Origin: Nanobdellota archaeon
Lineage (GTDB): Archaea; Nanobdellota; Nanobdellia; Woesearchaeales; UBA9642
Direction: 5' to 3'
Length of the DNA stretch: 64,000 bases
Assembly: GCA_021813435.1 (NCBI GenBank)
Contig: JAKAKR010000006.1
Coordinates: forward strand, 3,268 to 67,267
Notes under the pieces: model-generated
What the model was told of the DNA's origin: nothing
Databases searched by the model: none
The model's input: only the letters and a program-made list of their open reading frames with translations
Translations under genes and position numbers: made by a program
Shown: positions 1-8,306 of the stretch, piece after piece
Layout: the number at the start of each line of letters is the position of its first letter
How positions within the stretch are numbered: the stretch's first letter is position 1

Positions 1-691
1 AATACGCGTATGTCGCATTGTATCCTGCGACAAATACGCTTGTCCCTTTCAGGCGATTATTGCAGAGCGTCGCTATAGTGGTATTATAGAATGTGCAGTT
101 TGTTGCGCCATTATTGAATGTCGTTCCATCGCAGGCGGCGTTGCACCGGCTGTAATAATTGGTGCAATCATCATGGCATGTGCCGTTGGCGAGCGCAAAA
201 TTGAGTTGGGTCGATTGGTTGCGCGTCACCACGACATCAAGGACTTCAGTATCATACCCTTCCTTGGATGCTGTGACTGCATAACGCCCACTGATTGCAG
301 TAAAATTATAGAATCCATTGCTATTGGTTATTGTGCTATTCTCCAGTTGCGCGTTCGGATTATACCGACTGGGATGGGTGGTGACTGTTGCGCCATTGAT
401 GGTGAACGCCGAGAGATCAGTCACTGTTCCGTATAATGTGCCGGTACAGTCAGGGTCAGGGCAGGATGAGCAGCTGACAGGGTTTCCTGTTCCGCCATCT
501 TCATAATCCTCAGGGCAGATGCCGTCAGCGATATTATTGCAGGTGACATTGACGCCAAGGATTGTGACCTGTCCATATCCTAAGCTTGAATTTGCTTCAT
601 GCCCGCAGACAAGGTCTGCACGCACTGTTGCAATGCCTGCAAGGAATATCCCTATCAGAAGAATGATAAACACTTCACCCTTTTTTAACAT
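1..691 (-). CDS. Partial secreted Cys-rich protein (C-terminus runs off window start). N-terminal signal peptide, then Cys-rich region and a CarboxypepD_reg-like beta-sandwich segment (SGRYAVTASKEGYDTEVLDVVVTRNQSTQLNF).
   Basis: Minus-strand ATG at 689-691 gives MLKKGEVFIILLIGIFLAGIATVRA..., open to position 1. Absent from ORF track because no stop lies inside the window. TATA box 23 bp upstream. Confidence 0.6.
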   Translation of the reverse strand, partial: MLKKGEVFIILLIGIFLAGIATVRADLVCGHEANSSLGYGQVTILGVNVTCNNIADGICPEDYEDGGTGNPVSCSSCPDPDCTGTLYGTVTDLSAFTINGATVTTHPSRYNPNAQLENSTITNSNGFYNFTAISGRYAVTASKEGYDTEVLDVVVTRNQSTQLNFALANGTCHDDCTNYYSRCNAACDGTTFNNGATNCTFYNTTIATLCNNRLKGTSVFVAGYNATYAY

Positions 692-713
692 ACTCTGGAT
701 TGAACAGCAATAC

Positions 714-721
714 TATTTAAA
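714..721 (-). promoter_or_regulatory. Archaeal TATA box (TTTAAATA on minus strand) about 23 bp upstream of the secreted-protein start.
   Basis: Reverse complement of tatttaaa at 714-721. Spacing to ATG matches archaeal leaderless promoters seen elsewhere in this window. Confidence 0.45.
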
Positions 722-820
722 GTTTGCGCAAAACCTTTGCTCAGAAAGTACTTGCAGGGATTGCGCGAGATTCTTCGTGATTCTCTCAACCCTTATCTGT
801 AGGTATCGTCATCCGAAACG

Positions 821-1399
821 TCACTGAAACCGCACATTGATTTTTTTCCGCTCGTCTTCAGTTGCACTAAACAACTCTTTTCTGGTATATTCAAGCATGC
901 GTCCGACAAAGACATAGGGGATCTGTTCGAGCCTGGTGTTATAAATATTCACTGAATCGTTATAGAATTCTCTCCGATCGGCAATTTGTGTTTCTAATGT
1001 ACTGATGCGGTTTTGGAGCTGCATGAAATTCTCGTTTGCCTTCAATTGAGGATAATTCTCTGCTACTGCAAAGAGCGATTTCAGGGTAGCGCTTAATTCA
1101 TCACTTGCTTTTGCTTTTTCATTAAGCGTTTTTGCATTGAGAAACGCAGTTCTGGCCTTGGCGACCTCGGTAAATACTCTCTTTTCATGTTTTGCATAGC
1201 CTTTTATTGTTTCTATAAGGTTCGGCAATTCATCATGCCGTTGCTTGAGGAGCACATCGATATTGCTCCATGCTTTCTCAATGTTGTTTTTGAGGCGTAT
1301 GAATACGTTGTAGATCGAGATGAGATATCCAATGATGATGACTCCGATGAGTATGCTCCCGATAGTTATGAATATTTCAAGAACAGCCATATATTCCAC
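821..1399 (-). CDS. lemA: LemA family membrane protein
   Basis: 192 aa. N-terminal TM helix plus typical LemA coiled region (WSNIDVLLKQRHDELPNLIETIKGYAKHEKRVF...NYPQLKANENFMQLQ). Confidence 0.85.
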   Translation of the reverse strand: MEYMAVLEIFITIGSILIGVIIIGYLISIYNVFIRLKNNIEKAWSNIDVLLKQRHDELPNLIETIKGYAKHEKRVFTEVAKARTAFLNAKTLNEKAKASDELSATLKSLFAVAENYPQLKANENFMQLQNRISTLETQIADRREFYNDSVNIYNTRLEQIPYVFVGRMLEYTRKELFSATEDERKKINVRFQ

Positions 1400-1402
1400 C
1401 TC

Positions 1403-2194
1403 TTAATTGCCAAGCAGTACCATGATGAGTACCCCTCCGATGACCAATAATCCGCCTATGGCAAAAAAACTGAGCATCTGCCATTTCAATGATTTAAGTA
1501 ATTCTTTCTCGCTTTTATCAGAAATGATAAATGTGGATTCGTTTTCGCTTTTTTTAACTTGCGTTCCCGCGGGGGTAATCGTTGCAGTGCCTATAACAAA
1601 TACTGGTGCATGTTGTTCGATGTAATATTCCGAATATTTCCTATCGCCGATTTGAGGATTCTCAAACAGTGTGGTGCTTTCGAGAGGGATTAATCCTAGT
1701 TGTGTTGTTGCGGTAGCGGTTGATGAATTATTTTTTATTGTGTTGATTATTTGCGTGATGCTGAGCCCAATCCGTGCGCGTTGTATGAACTGTTTTTTGA
1801 GTGAAACATTACATTCTGATCCCCCGGGTTCAATAGGCACTGTTCCGGTACTGTCTGCAAGCGTGAATGGTGTTCTTTGCTCGTCTGAAGCAACTGATAC
1901 CCATTCACGGGTCGTCGTGCTATTCCCCTTAGAATCCTTGGAAACTTTTTCTTGGTATTCTTCAATGGTATACCGATAATAGACGCAGGGTGTTTGCGAG
2001 AAATGTGCAATGATTGGTTTTGATGCAGTGGCCTTCCCTTCTAGTTCAACAAGTCCCTTAGCCATTGAACGGATGTTTGAGCGGGGAGTGTCTTGGATCA
2101 GTTGATACTTGTGCATGCGATTAAATCCGAATGCGAAAACGCCAATACCAATCGCATCTATGATCCCGCCGGCAATATATGGTCCTGCATTCAC
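1403..2194 (-). CDS. LemA-associated membrane protein, GIDE-like topology (TM - soluble domain - TM)
   Basis: 263 aa with N- and C-terminal TM helices. Sits immediately downstream of lemA with a 3-bp gap. LemA/GIDE pairing is a known conserved neighbourhood. Domain assignment is by topology and context only. Confidence 0.5.
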   Translation of the reverse strand: MNAGPYIAGGIIDAIGIGVFAFGFNRMHKYQLIQDTPRSNIRSMAKGLVELEGKATASKPIIAHFSQTPCVYYRYTIEEYQEKVSKDSKGNSTTTREWVSVASDEQRTPFTLADSTGTVPIEPGGSECNVSLKKQFIQRARIGLSITQIINTIKNNSSTATATTQLGLIPLESTTLFENPQIGDRKYSEYYIEQHAPVFVIGTATITPAGTQVKKSENESTFIISDKSEKELLKSLKWQMLSFFAIGGLLVIGGVLIMVLLGN

Positions 2195-2249
2195 TCCCTG
2201 TTTTTTGCAATAGTACTATATAAATATTTGTATTGCATATTTGAAAACT

Positions 2250-2257
2250 TTTATAAA
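2250..2257 (+). promoter_or_regulatory. TATA box TTTATAAA upstream of the DRG GTPase gene
   Basis: tttataaa at 2250-2257, 23-30 bp upstream of ATG 2280. Confidence 0.45.
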
Positions 2258-2279
2258 ACAGGCTTTACTTTATCAGTGC

Positions 2280-3374
2280 ATGGTTGAATATCCCGGCGAG
2301 ATCAAGGATCTTGAAGATAAGATTGCAAAGACTAAGTACAACAAGAGTACGCAGTTTGCAATCGGTCTCATGAAGGCAAAGCTTGCAAAACTCAAGGAGA
2401 AGCAGGAATCGCGCGGATCCGGGACAAAAAAGATGGACGGGTATGATGTCCGCAAGACCGGCGATGGGACAGTCATCCTCATCGGCTTTCCCTCAGTCGG
2501 AAAATCAACACTCCTCAATGATTTGACGAATGCAGAGTCAAAGACTGCCGCATACGCATTCACGACGCTTACGGTTGTCCCTGGTGTCATGCATTATCAG
2601 GATGCAAAGATACAGATTCTTGACGTTCCGGGAATTGTGCGGGGCGCAGCCGCAGGGACAGGACGGGGACGCGAAGTGCTCTCAGTCATGCGATCCGCAG
2701 ACCTTGCAATCCTTGTCATCGATGTCAACCAGCCTGAACATTATGATGCGATAGTCAAAGAGGTTCGCGACGCGCATATCCGCGTCAACCAGGAGCGGCC
2801 TGATGTAAAAATCACCAAGCAATCGACCGGCGGAATAAAGGTCGCTGCAACTGTTCCCTTAACAAAAATAGACCATGAGACCGTGAAGGCCATCTGTAAG
2901 GAATTCCGGCTCATGAATGCAGATATCATCATCAGAACTGACATCGATGCCGATGAATTCATCGACTGTCTTGAGGGCAACAAGCAATACATCCCTGCAA
3001 TAACCATCGTGAATAAGATCGACATGGCAACAGAAAAACAGATCGAGCATGTGGTAAGACTTGTGAAAGCAGATCTTGCGGTCTCTGCAAAAGAAAAAAT
3101 CTATATCGAGCAGTTGAAGGGAGTCATCTTTGAAAAGCTCGACCTCATCAGGGTCTACCTCAAAGAGCCGGGCAAGGAAGCAGACCTTAAAGTTCCGCTC
3201 ATTGTCTCGCGCAAATCAACAGTCGCGTCAGTCTGCAACAAGCTCCACAAGGATTTTGTCAAGAAATTCAAGTTCTGCAGGGTCTGGGGCAAGTCATCAA
3301 AATTTCCCGGACAGAAACTCATGCTCGAGCATCGGCTGCTGGACAGGGATATCCTCGAGATACATCTGCGGTAA
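2280..3374 (+). CDS. Developmentally regulated GTP-binding protein (DRG/Obg-like GTPase with C-terminal TGS domain), archaeal/eukaryotic type
   Basis: G1 GFPSVGKSTLL, G3 DVPG, NKID G4 motif, C-terminal TGS-like segment. Track ORF starts at TTG 2241. ATG 2280 (MVEYPGEIKDLEDKIAKT...) fits DRG N-termini and the TATA spacing. Confidence 0.85.
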   Translation: MVEYPGEIKDLEDKIAKTKYNKSTQFAIGLMKAKLAKLKEKQESRGSGTKKMDGYDVRKTGDGTVILIGFPSVGKSTLLNDLTNAESKTAAYAFTTLTVVPGVMHYQDAKIQILDVPGIVRGAAAGTGRGREVLSVMRSADLAILVIDVNQPEHYDAIVKEVRDAHIRVNQERPDVKITKQSTGGIKVAATVPLTKIDHETVKAICKEFRLMNADIIIRTDIDADEFIDCLEGNKQYIPAITIVNKIDMATEKQIEHVVRLVKADLAVSAKEKIYIEQLKGVIFEKLDLIRVYLKEPGKEADLKVPLIVSRKSTVASVCNKLHKDFVKKFKFCRVWGKSSKFPGQKLMLEHRLLDRDILEIHLR

Positions 3375-3439
3375 TTTCTTTGCGCGCTTATTAATCAGGT
3401 GAGAATTGAGATCCTAGATTAGAATGTTGTTTTTTCTTT

Positions 3440-4006
3440 TTAGAACCGCCATAATTCTTTTTTTACCTGTTCGAGAAGAAGGGGGAATCGCGTGTATCCC
3501 GCGCGTTCATTGAAATGCCCTGCACCTTCTACAAGAATGGCTTTTGTCCCTAATTTTTTTGCAAGATCCTGTCCGAATTTGAGCGGGATATACGGATCAT
3601 TATCTGCGTGATAGACATGGAATGTATTGCATTGTTTCTGGATCTTCTTCCAGTCAAACGATCGCGTGTAAAACGAATCATTGATCCGATCGAACTCAGG
3701 GTTTTGCAGCGAATCGGCGAATCCTGCAACAAGAAATGCTGCCTTGATCCGCTTTTTTTCCTGCGCAAGAATATTCAGGATGAATGCTACGCCAATGCTA
3801 TGGCCGATCATGATCGAATCTTCCTGGATGTTTTTTTCGTATCGGGAGAAGATGCGCATCCATGTTTCGAGCGATTGGTTCTCCGGGGTCGGGAATTGCG
3901 GCACAATCACGGTATGTCCAAGCTTTTCGAGTTCGCCTTTGATCCAGGGAAACCAGTTCTCTTCCGGGTGCCCATACGCACCATGGATGATAAAGACGCT
4001 TGCCAT
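3440..4006 (-). CDS. Alpha/beta serine hydrolase, RBBP9/YdeN family
   Basis: 188 aa. IIHGAYGHP start, GHSIG nucleophile elbow, conserved Asp and His (HADNDPYIP, GAGHF) later. Confidence 0.8.
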   Translation of the reverse strand: MASVFIIHGAYGHPEENWFPWIKGELEKLGHTVIVPQFPTPENQSLETWMRIFSRYEKNIQEDSIMIGHSIGVAFILNILAQEKKRIKAAFLVAGFADSLQNPEFDRINDSFYTRSFDWKKIQKQCNTFHVYHADNDPYIPLKFGQDLAKKLGTKAILVEGAGHFNERAGYTRFPLLLEQVKKELWRF

Positions 4007-4061
4007 GCTTTAGGGAAGATGCTTGTATTTATATTGGTTCTCTCTTGGTTATCTTATTTTA

Positions 4062-4217
4062 GGGGTTGTCGGATAATAGTTTAGCGTCAATTAGTGAGTA
4101 TCATCGATAAATGAACTAGAAAATCGGACAGGATTGCAAGTGGTACGATGTTCCTTAAATTTGCGAATTCCGATACGAACGACGCTAAAAAGCGAAGCTT
4201 AATTATCCGACAACCCC
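4062..4217. mobile_element. 156-bp MITE-like element (element X) with perfect 16-bp terminal inverted repeats ggggttgtcggataat, flanked by 9-bp direct repeats cttatttta
   Basis: Left terminal inverted repeat 4062-4077, right 4202-4217 (reverse complement). cttatttta at 4053-4061 and 4218-4226. No ORF inside. Confidence 0.6.
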
Positions 4218-4226
4218 CTTATTTTA

Positions 4227-5500
4227 GGGTGTGGGACAAAAATAATTTAGTCTTTTAGAATTATGATGTATGCTCTTTTTCCTATGTCTTTTTTTTGGGC
4301 ATTTATTTTTGCACCATTACCGTGTGGAACTATTATTTTCTCATAAATTTCTTCCACATTTTCGGTGATTGTTAATTTTCCTTGTTTTAATGCTTGAACT
4401 TTTCTTGGCATAGTTGCTACATATATCAACAAGCTTTATAAAGTTTGCGGTTTTTAATGTTGAAATGAAGGTCACAAACAAAGATTTAGAATGTACGTTA
4501 AAAATTCTTGATGAGCTTATAGAGGATTATAAAGATAAAACTGTTTTTGATAAGCGAAATTGGAGAACTTATGAACAGCGTTTTGCAGAGCGTCTGCAAA
4601 AAGCTTTTACTGAACTACAACCGTTAGTTCAGGAAGCAATATCCTCTATTAAAATTGTAAAAACAGAATTTAGAGGGCGTAATTCTTCTATGACTATTGA
4701 ACAAAAAACTTTACTTGTGCTTCTTAAACATTTAATTAGTAAAAGCAATAGAAATATGTCAGTAATGTTAATAGTTTTTTCTTGGCTAACAAAAATATCT
4801 GTTAGCTACAAAACTATTGAACGATTATATTCTGATGAAGAAGTTGTTCTAGTGTTGAACAACTTATATTTTCTTATGCTAAGAAAAAAAGGGATTAAAA
4901 CTTCCGATAGTTGTGGTGATGGTACAGGATATTCTTTGAGTATTAAAACGAATTATTGTGCTGAAGCACAAAAACTTAAAGATAACGCTAAAGGAATAAA
5001 CACTAAAGAATACAAGAAAACGAAATTCATCTACTCATTCACATTAATGGATATAAAAACTAGAATGTACATAGCTTTTGGAACAAGTTTCAAAAGTGAG
5101 CAAGACGCATTTTTCAAAGCTAAACAAATTCTAATAGAAACTAAAATATCTTTAGATAGTATACGATTAGATAAATATTATAGTGCACAAATGTATGCAG
5201 AATTGTTTGAAAAACAATTCCTTGACATAGCGTTATTTTTTATTCCAAAAAATAACGCAACAATACGTGGACCATGGATATGGAAAAGAATGTTATACCA
5301 CCTCATAACAGATCCGCACACCTATTTAGAAGAATATTACAAAAGAAATCAATCAGAAAGCGGACATGCCGAAGACAAAAAACGTACAGGGTGGAAACTG
5401 GGACAAAAAAGAGAAGATAGGGTAGAAACAGCAAACACACTCACCGTCTTATGGCATAACTTAGCATGGCTAGCCGACGCATGAATTTTGTCCCACACCC
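4227..5500 (+). mobile_element. Insertion sequence, IS4/IS5-superfamily-like, 1274 bp. 15-bp terminal inverted repeats gggtgtgggacaaaa and 9-bp target-site duplication cttatttta.
   Basis: Left terminal inverted repeat 4227-4241, right 5486-5500 (ttttgtcccacaccc). cttatttta at 4218-4226 and 5501-5509. Single transposase ORF inside. AT-rich relative to flanks. Confidence 0.75.
4465..5484 (+). CDS. DDE transposase (IS4-like, YREK signature)
   Basis: 339 aa from ATG 4465 (track ORF begins at TTG 4414). D(1)G(2)Y-like GDGTGY motif and C-terminal Y(2)R(3)E(6)K spacing in YYKRNQSESGHAEDKKR. TTTATAAA at 4436-4443 lies 22 bp upstream. Confidence 0.7.
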   Translation: MKVTNKDLECTLKILDELIEDYKDKTVFDKRNWRTYEQRFAERLQKAFTELQPLVQEAISSIKIVKTEFRGRNSSMTIEQKTLLVLLKHLISKSNRNMSVMLIVFSWLTKISVSYKTIERLYSDEEVVLVLNNLYFLMLRKKGIKTSDSCGDGTGYSLSIKTNYCAEAQKLKDNAKGINTKEYKKTKFIYSFTLMDIKTRMYIAFGTSFKSEQDAFFKAKQILIETKISLDSIRLDKYYSAQMYAELFEKQFLDIALFFIPKNNATIRGPWIWKRMLYHLITDPHTYLEEYYKRNQSESGHAEDKKRTGWKLGQKREDRVETANTLTVLWHNLAWLADA

Positions 5501-5557
5501 CTTATTTTAACAAACTATATAAATGCTTCCTGCTGTGGTTTTACTGGTGATTGATCA

Positions 5558-5692
5558 ATGACTGAATATTGTCTGAAATGCAAGACTGAGATGAAGAAGG
5601 GTGCAAAGATTAATTCTGGCAATTCCACATTCCAGGAATGGGTCTGTCCGCACTGCAACAATAAGACCATGAAGGCAATCGGTGTCAATTAA
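5558..5692 (+). CDS. Small zinc-ribbon protein (44 aa, CxxC...CPHC)
   Basis: MTEYCLKCKTEMKKGAKINSGNSTFQEWVCPHCNNKTMKAIGVN. GGTGA Shine-Dalgarno about 8 nt upstream. Below the 60-aa cutoff of the ORF track. Confidence 0.5.
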   Translation: MTEYCLKCKTEMKKGAKINSGNSTFQEWVCPHCNNKTMKAIGVN

Positions 5693-5711
5693 TGTAGGGA
5701 GTGGTGATCTT

Positions 5712-5849
5712 ATGCCGAATGGAACCATCAAGATTGATTTCGACCCGCTCATCAATTATTTCAAGAAATTATCATTGGACATGCGTATCGCGTACGGCGT
5801 CATTGTTCTAGGGATTATCTTGCTGATTGTAGGGATCTTGTCGCTTTAA
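5712..5849 (+). CDS. Small single-TM membrane protein (45 aa)
   Basis: MPNGTIKIDFDPLINYFKKLSLDMRIAYGVIVLGIILLIVGILSL. Strong Shine-Dalgarno gggagtggtga just upstream. 3' end overlaps the convergent gene 5815..6711 by 35 nt. Confidence 0.4.
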   Translation: MPNGTIKIDFDPLINYFKKLSLDMRIAYGVIVLGIILLIVGILSL

Positions 5850-6711
5850 ATCCTTGACTATCCCTTTTGGCCGCGACATATTCTTCGACAGTTTTTGCCT
5901 GTGCCCAGCGCTGCATCTCATCTGCAAGAATCGATACTCCTTTTGCAGTGATTTCGGTGAAGGCAGTCTGATCCGCACGACGCAATGTTGACTCTGTCCC
6001 GAGCGAGTATTGTTTTCCCACGAAATAGATATTTGTTTCGCGCTCAGCTTCTTTTTGCGGGTCTCCAAATCGGTAAAGCGTGATTGTTACTCCTTCGACG
6101 ATTGCGATGTGGGGAAGATGCCTATCCTTCATGCAGATGAGCCGCGGCGAGATGTTTTTTGTGTTCTCTTGCGGATCATAGGTCACGAGTACGCCAGAGT
6201 CCATCGCAGTCCTATGATCTTGCGATGCGTAGTGTGCGGCAAGTTTATCGGGGTCTGCAACATTGAGCGCAGGCAGTGCTTCTTGCATACGCGCATCCGG
6301 TACTCCCTTACGACGGGTGATGTGCTGCTGTAATTCCTGATTCATCACCAGGATCTCAAGCGGGCATGCGACGAGATCTTTCTCACTGGAAAACGCTGCT
6401 GCTTCTGCGGGGTTTGTTTTTTTCGCGCCATATTTCACTAACCGATCATCGATACCGGAATTGAAGGCATAGAGTGTTGTCGTGTGCGGAAAAGCTATTG
6501 CAAAACAATTGTTTGCATACTTCGGCAATCTGCGTATTGCATCAATGATTCCTGCGGTTGCATCTGCCACTGTGAACGGGGCGTGCGCCCATTCATACTT
6601 TGCCTGGTTTTCGCGTCCAAGAATGTCTGCGAAATAGATTTTTGAGAGTGGACTATCTTTTTCATTTACTGATACAACTGCATTTATTTTTCCATAGTAC
6701 GGCTGGTTCAT
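5815..6711 (-). CDS. Hypothetical protein (298 aa), family not recognised
   Basis: Long ORF with a shared 19-bp promoter element 22 bp upstream. No motif I can assign by eye. Confidence 0.55.
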   Translation of the reverse strand: MNQPYYGKINAVVSVNEKDSPLSKIYFADILGRENQAKYEWAHAPFTVADATAGIIDAIRRLPKYANNCFAIAFPHTTTLYAFNSGIDDRLVKYGAKKTNPAEAAAFSSEKDLVACPLEILVMNQELQQHITRRKGVPDARMQEALPALNVADPDKLAAHYASQDHRTAMDSGVLVTYDPQENTKNISPRLICMKDRHLPHIAIVEGVTITLYRFGDPQKEAERETNIYFVGKQYSLGTESTLRRADQTAFTEITAKGVSILADEMQRWAQAKTVEEYVAAKRDSQGFKATRSLQSAR

Positions 6712-6732
6712 ACGAGGAGTCTATTTCTTGCG

Positions 6733-6751
6733 TTTATAAAGTTTATTATTT
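6733..6751 (-). promoter_or_regulatory. Extended promoter element (minus strand 5'-AAATAATAAACTTTATAAA-3'). Identical 19-mer recurs at 12993-13011.
   Basis: Plus-strand text tttataaagtttattattt. TATA portion sits 22-29 bp upstream of ATG 6711. Confidence 0.5.
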
Positions 6752-6979
6752 GTACCACTTTATAATAGTATCATTTATTGTTTTTTTTGGGGGTGTTGAA
6801 TTAGTGTGGTGCGACAGCGGCGCGTGACATTCCTATTTTTTACCGGCTTTTAAACTATTCATTTATAAACTCCGTCGTAGCCATTTTTAAATACTGGCTC
6901 GCTACAGCCCAGTGAAAGGCAAAGGTTTATATATTCTATAGGCATTTTCTCTCTTATCGTCGATATTGGGGGAATTACT

Positions 6980-7177
6980 ATGGGTCAACAAGAAGTCTAC
7001 GATTTTTTATGCAAGAACAAAGGCAAGTGGTTCACCAGCCGCGAAATTTCTGAAAAATTGAAGGTCTCCATCGGCTCAGTCACCATGTCCTTAAAGAAGC
7101 TGCGCAAGACCAACATCATCAAGTACAAGAATACCGGCAAGCGCAACACATTCATGTACAAAGTCGATAAGCGATAA
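6980..7177 (+). CDS. Small winged-helix DNA-binding protein (65 aa)
   Basis: FTSREISEKLKVSIGSVTMSLKKLRKTNIIKYK - helix-turn-helix followed by a wing. Typical archaeal small transcriptional regulator. Confidence 0.65.
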   Translation: MGQQEVYDFLCKNKGKWFTSREISEKLKVSIGSVTMSLKKLRKTNIIKYKNTGKRNTFMYKVDKR

Positions 7178-7212
7178 GGCGCTTTGACGCTACTACTTTT
7201 TTGTTCTTCTCC

Positions 7213-7944
7213 TTACTTTCTTTTCTCTGCATATTGCAACACTTCACGGATGTCAGAAATGATATGTGTGGGCTTTGCACGCGCAAGAATATACCGGGGA
7301 TTAAAACTATGCGCATCATTTGCAATGCCCATGGTTGCGACAGTTGCAATCTTTCCCTCGATGATATCTTTATAGGTGTCGGTGACGAGGACCGCCTGCG
7401 CAGGAGGCATCCGATGTTTTTTGCAGATCTCGACGATTGCCTGCGTCTTGCCATCAGCGACTGTATAACTGTTCGGCGCAGTGATAAGATCGTCCAGTCG
7501 CATGGACTTTATCTTATGATCAAATGATTCCTGCATGGTCCAGGAGACAACGTAGAAGGGAATGTCTTGCTTATGGAGTGTATCAAGGACATTGCGCGCA
7601 TGCGGTACTGTCCGGAATTTTTCGAGCGACTGTTCTGCAAGATAAAACTCCTTGATGAGTGCATCAGTATCCTTGACGCCGATCATCCGGTAGAATTCGT
7701 GCCAATTGACAATGCCCCAGTATTCGCGCACCTTTTCCCGTGCAGGCATGGTGACGCCGCGCTTGGAGACCAATCCCTCAACAATGCGCAATAACGGGTC
7801 AAACGTATCAAAGAGCACTCCATCACCGTCAAAAATGATGAGCTTGTAGGTACTGTTGGTTTTCTCGGTATGTGCAGTATTCACCCTGCAAAGAATCTGC
7901 TCTCCAGTTAAAAATATTGCGATCATCCCGGCGCTGTAGAACAT
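7213..7944 (-). CDS. HAD-superfamily hydrolase
   Basis: Motif I FDGDGVLFDT. Later conserved Ser/Thr and DD motifs. 243 aa (N-terminal roughly 30 aa may be an over-extension). Confidence 0.75.
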   Translation of the reverse strand: MFYSAGMIAIFLTGEQILCRVNTAHTEKTNSTYKLIIFDGDGVLFDTFDPLLRIVEGLVSKRGVTMPAREKVREYWGIVNWHEFYRMIGVKDTDALIKEFYLAEQSLEKFRTVPHARNVLDTLHKQDIPFYVVSWTMQESFDHKIKSMRLDDLITAPNSYTVADGKTQAIVEICKKHRMPPAQAVLVTDTYKDIIEGKIATVATMGIANDAHSFNPRYILARAKPTHIISDIREVLQYAEKRK

Positions 7945-8117
7945 GTTAGTCGCCTGAAGATGAGCATCATCGAATATGTAGCCAAGAAAACAGTTGAGGA
8001 TTGCAAGTGAAACTGTTTTTCATGATTAAACCGCACCAATGCGAATGGCGACTTGAGCAAAGCGAGAATTTCTACAGGGCCGATTATCCGGGATTTTTGA
8101 TTGTCATCCAGCAAATC

Positions 8118-8261
8118 GGCTTCTTTCCAAATCTCGTCTTCGACTCGACTTTTTTTGCCGCTCACATCGCAATAATGTATCATTGTGTGACGAGCTATTT
8201 GCAATCGCCATAGTCATTTGAGTGTTCGCAAGGCAATAAAAGAGACTTTTTGAAAGGAGCC
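8118..8261. mobile_element. MITE copy A (144 bp). 14-bp terminal inverted repeats (left degenerate ggcttctttccaaa, right ttttgaaaggagcc). 10-bp target-site duplication ccagcaaatc.
   Basis: About 98.6% identical to 18007-18150. Target-site duplications at 8108-8117 and 8262-8271. Lies 45 bp upstream of the thrS start. Confidence 0.8.
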
Positions 8262-8306
8262 CCAGCAAATCATAACCTTTATAATTCTCCATTTTATCAT
8301 ACTCTC

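Noticed and set aside
4247-4432. 61-aa minus-strand ORF inside the IS upstream of the transposase
   Set aside because: No Shine-Dalgarno or promoter. Overlaps the transposase promoter region. Probably spurious.
7923-8213. ORFs 7923..8204 (-) and 8001..8213 (+), and the similar 17896..18093 (-), sharing the N-terminus MQIARHTMIHYCDVSGKKSRVEDEI
   Set aside because: The shared sequence is the interior of the 144-bp MITE. The ORFs are frame artefacts of a repeated non-coding element, not paralogous genes.
8250-8306. Track start of thrS at 8250 (MKGAPANHNLY...)
   Set aside because: This extension reads out of the MITE right terminal repeat. The conserved ThrRS TGS domain begins at ATG 8307.
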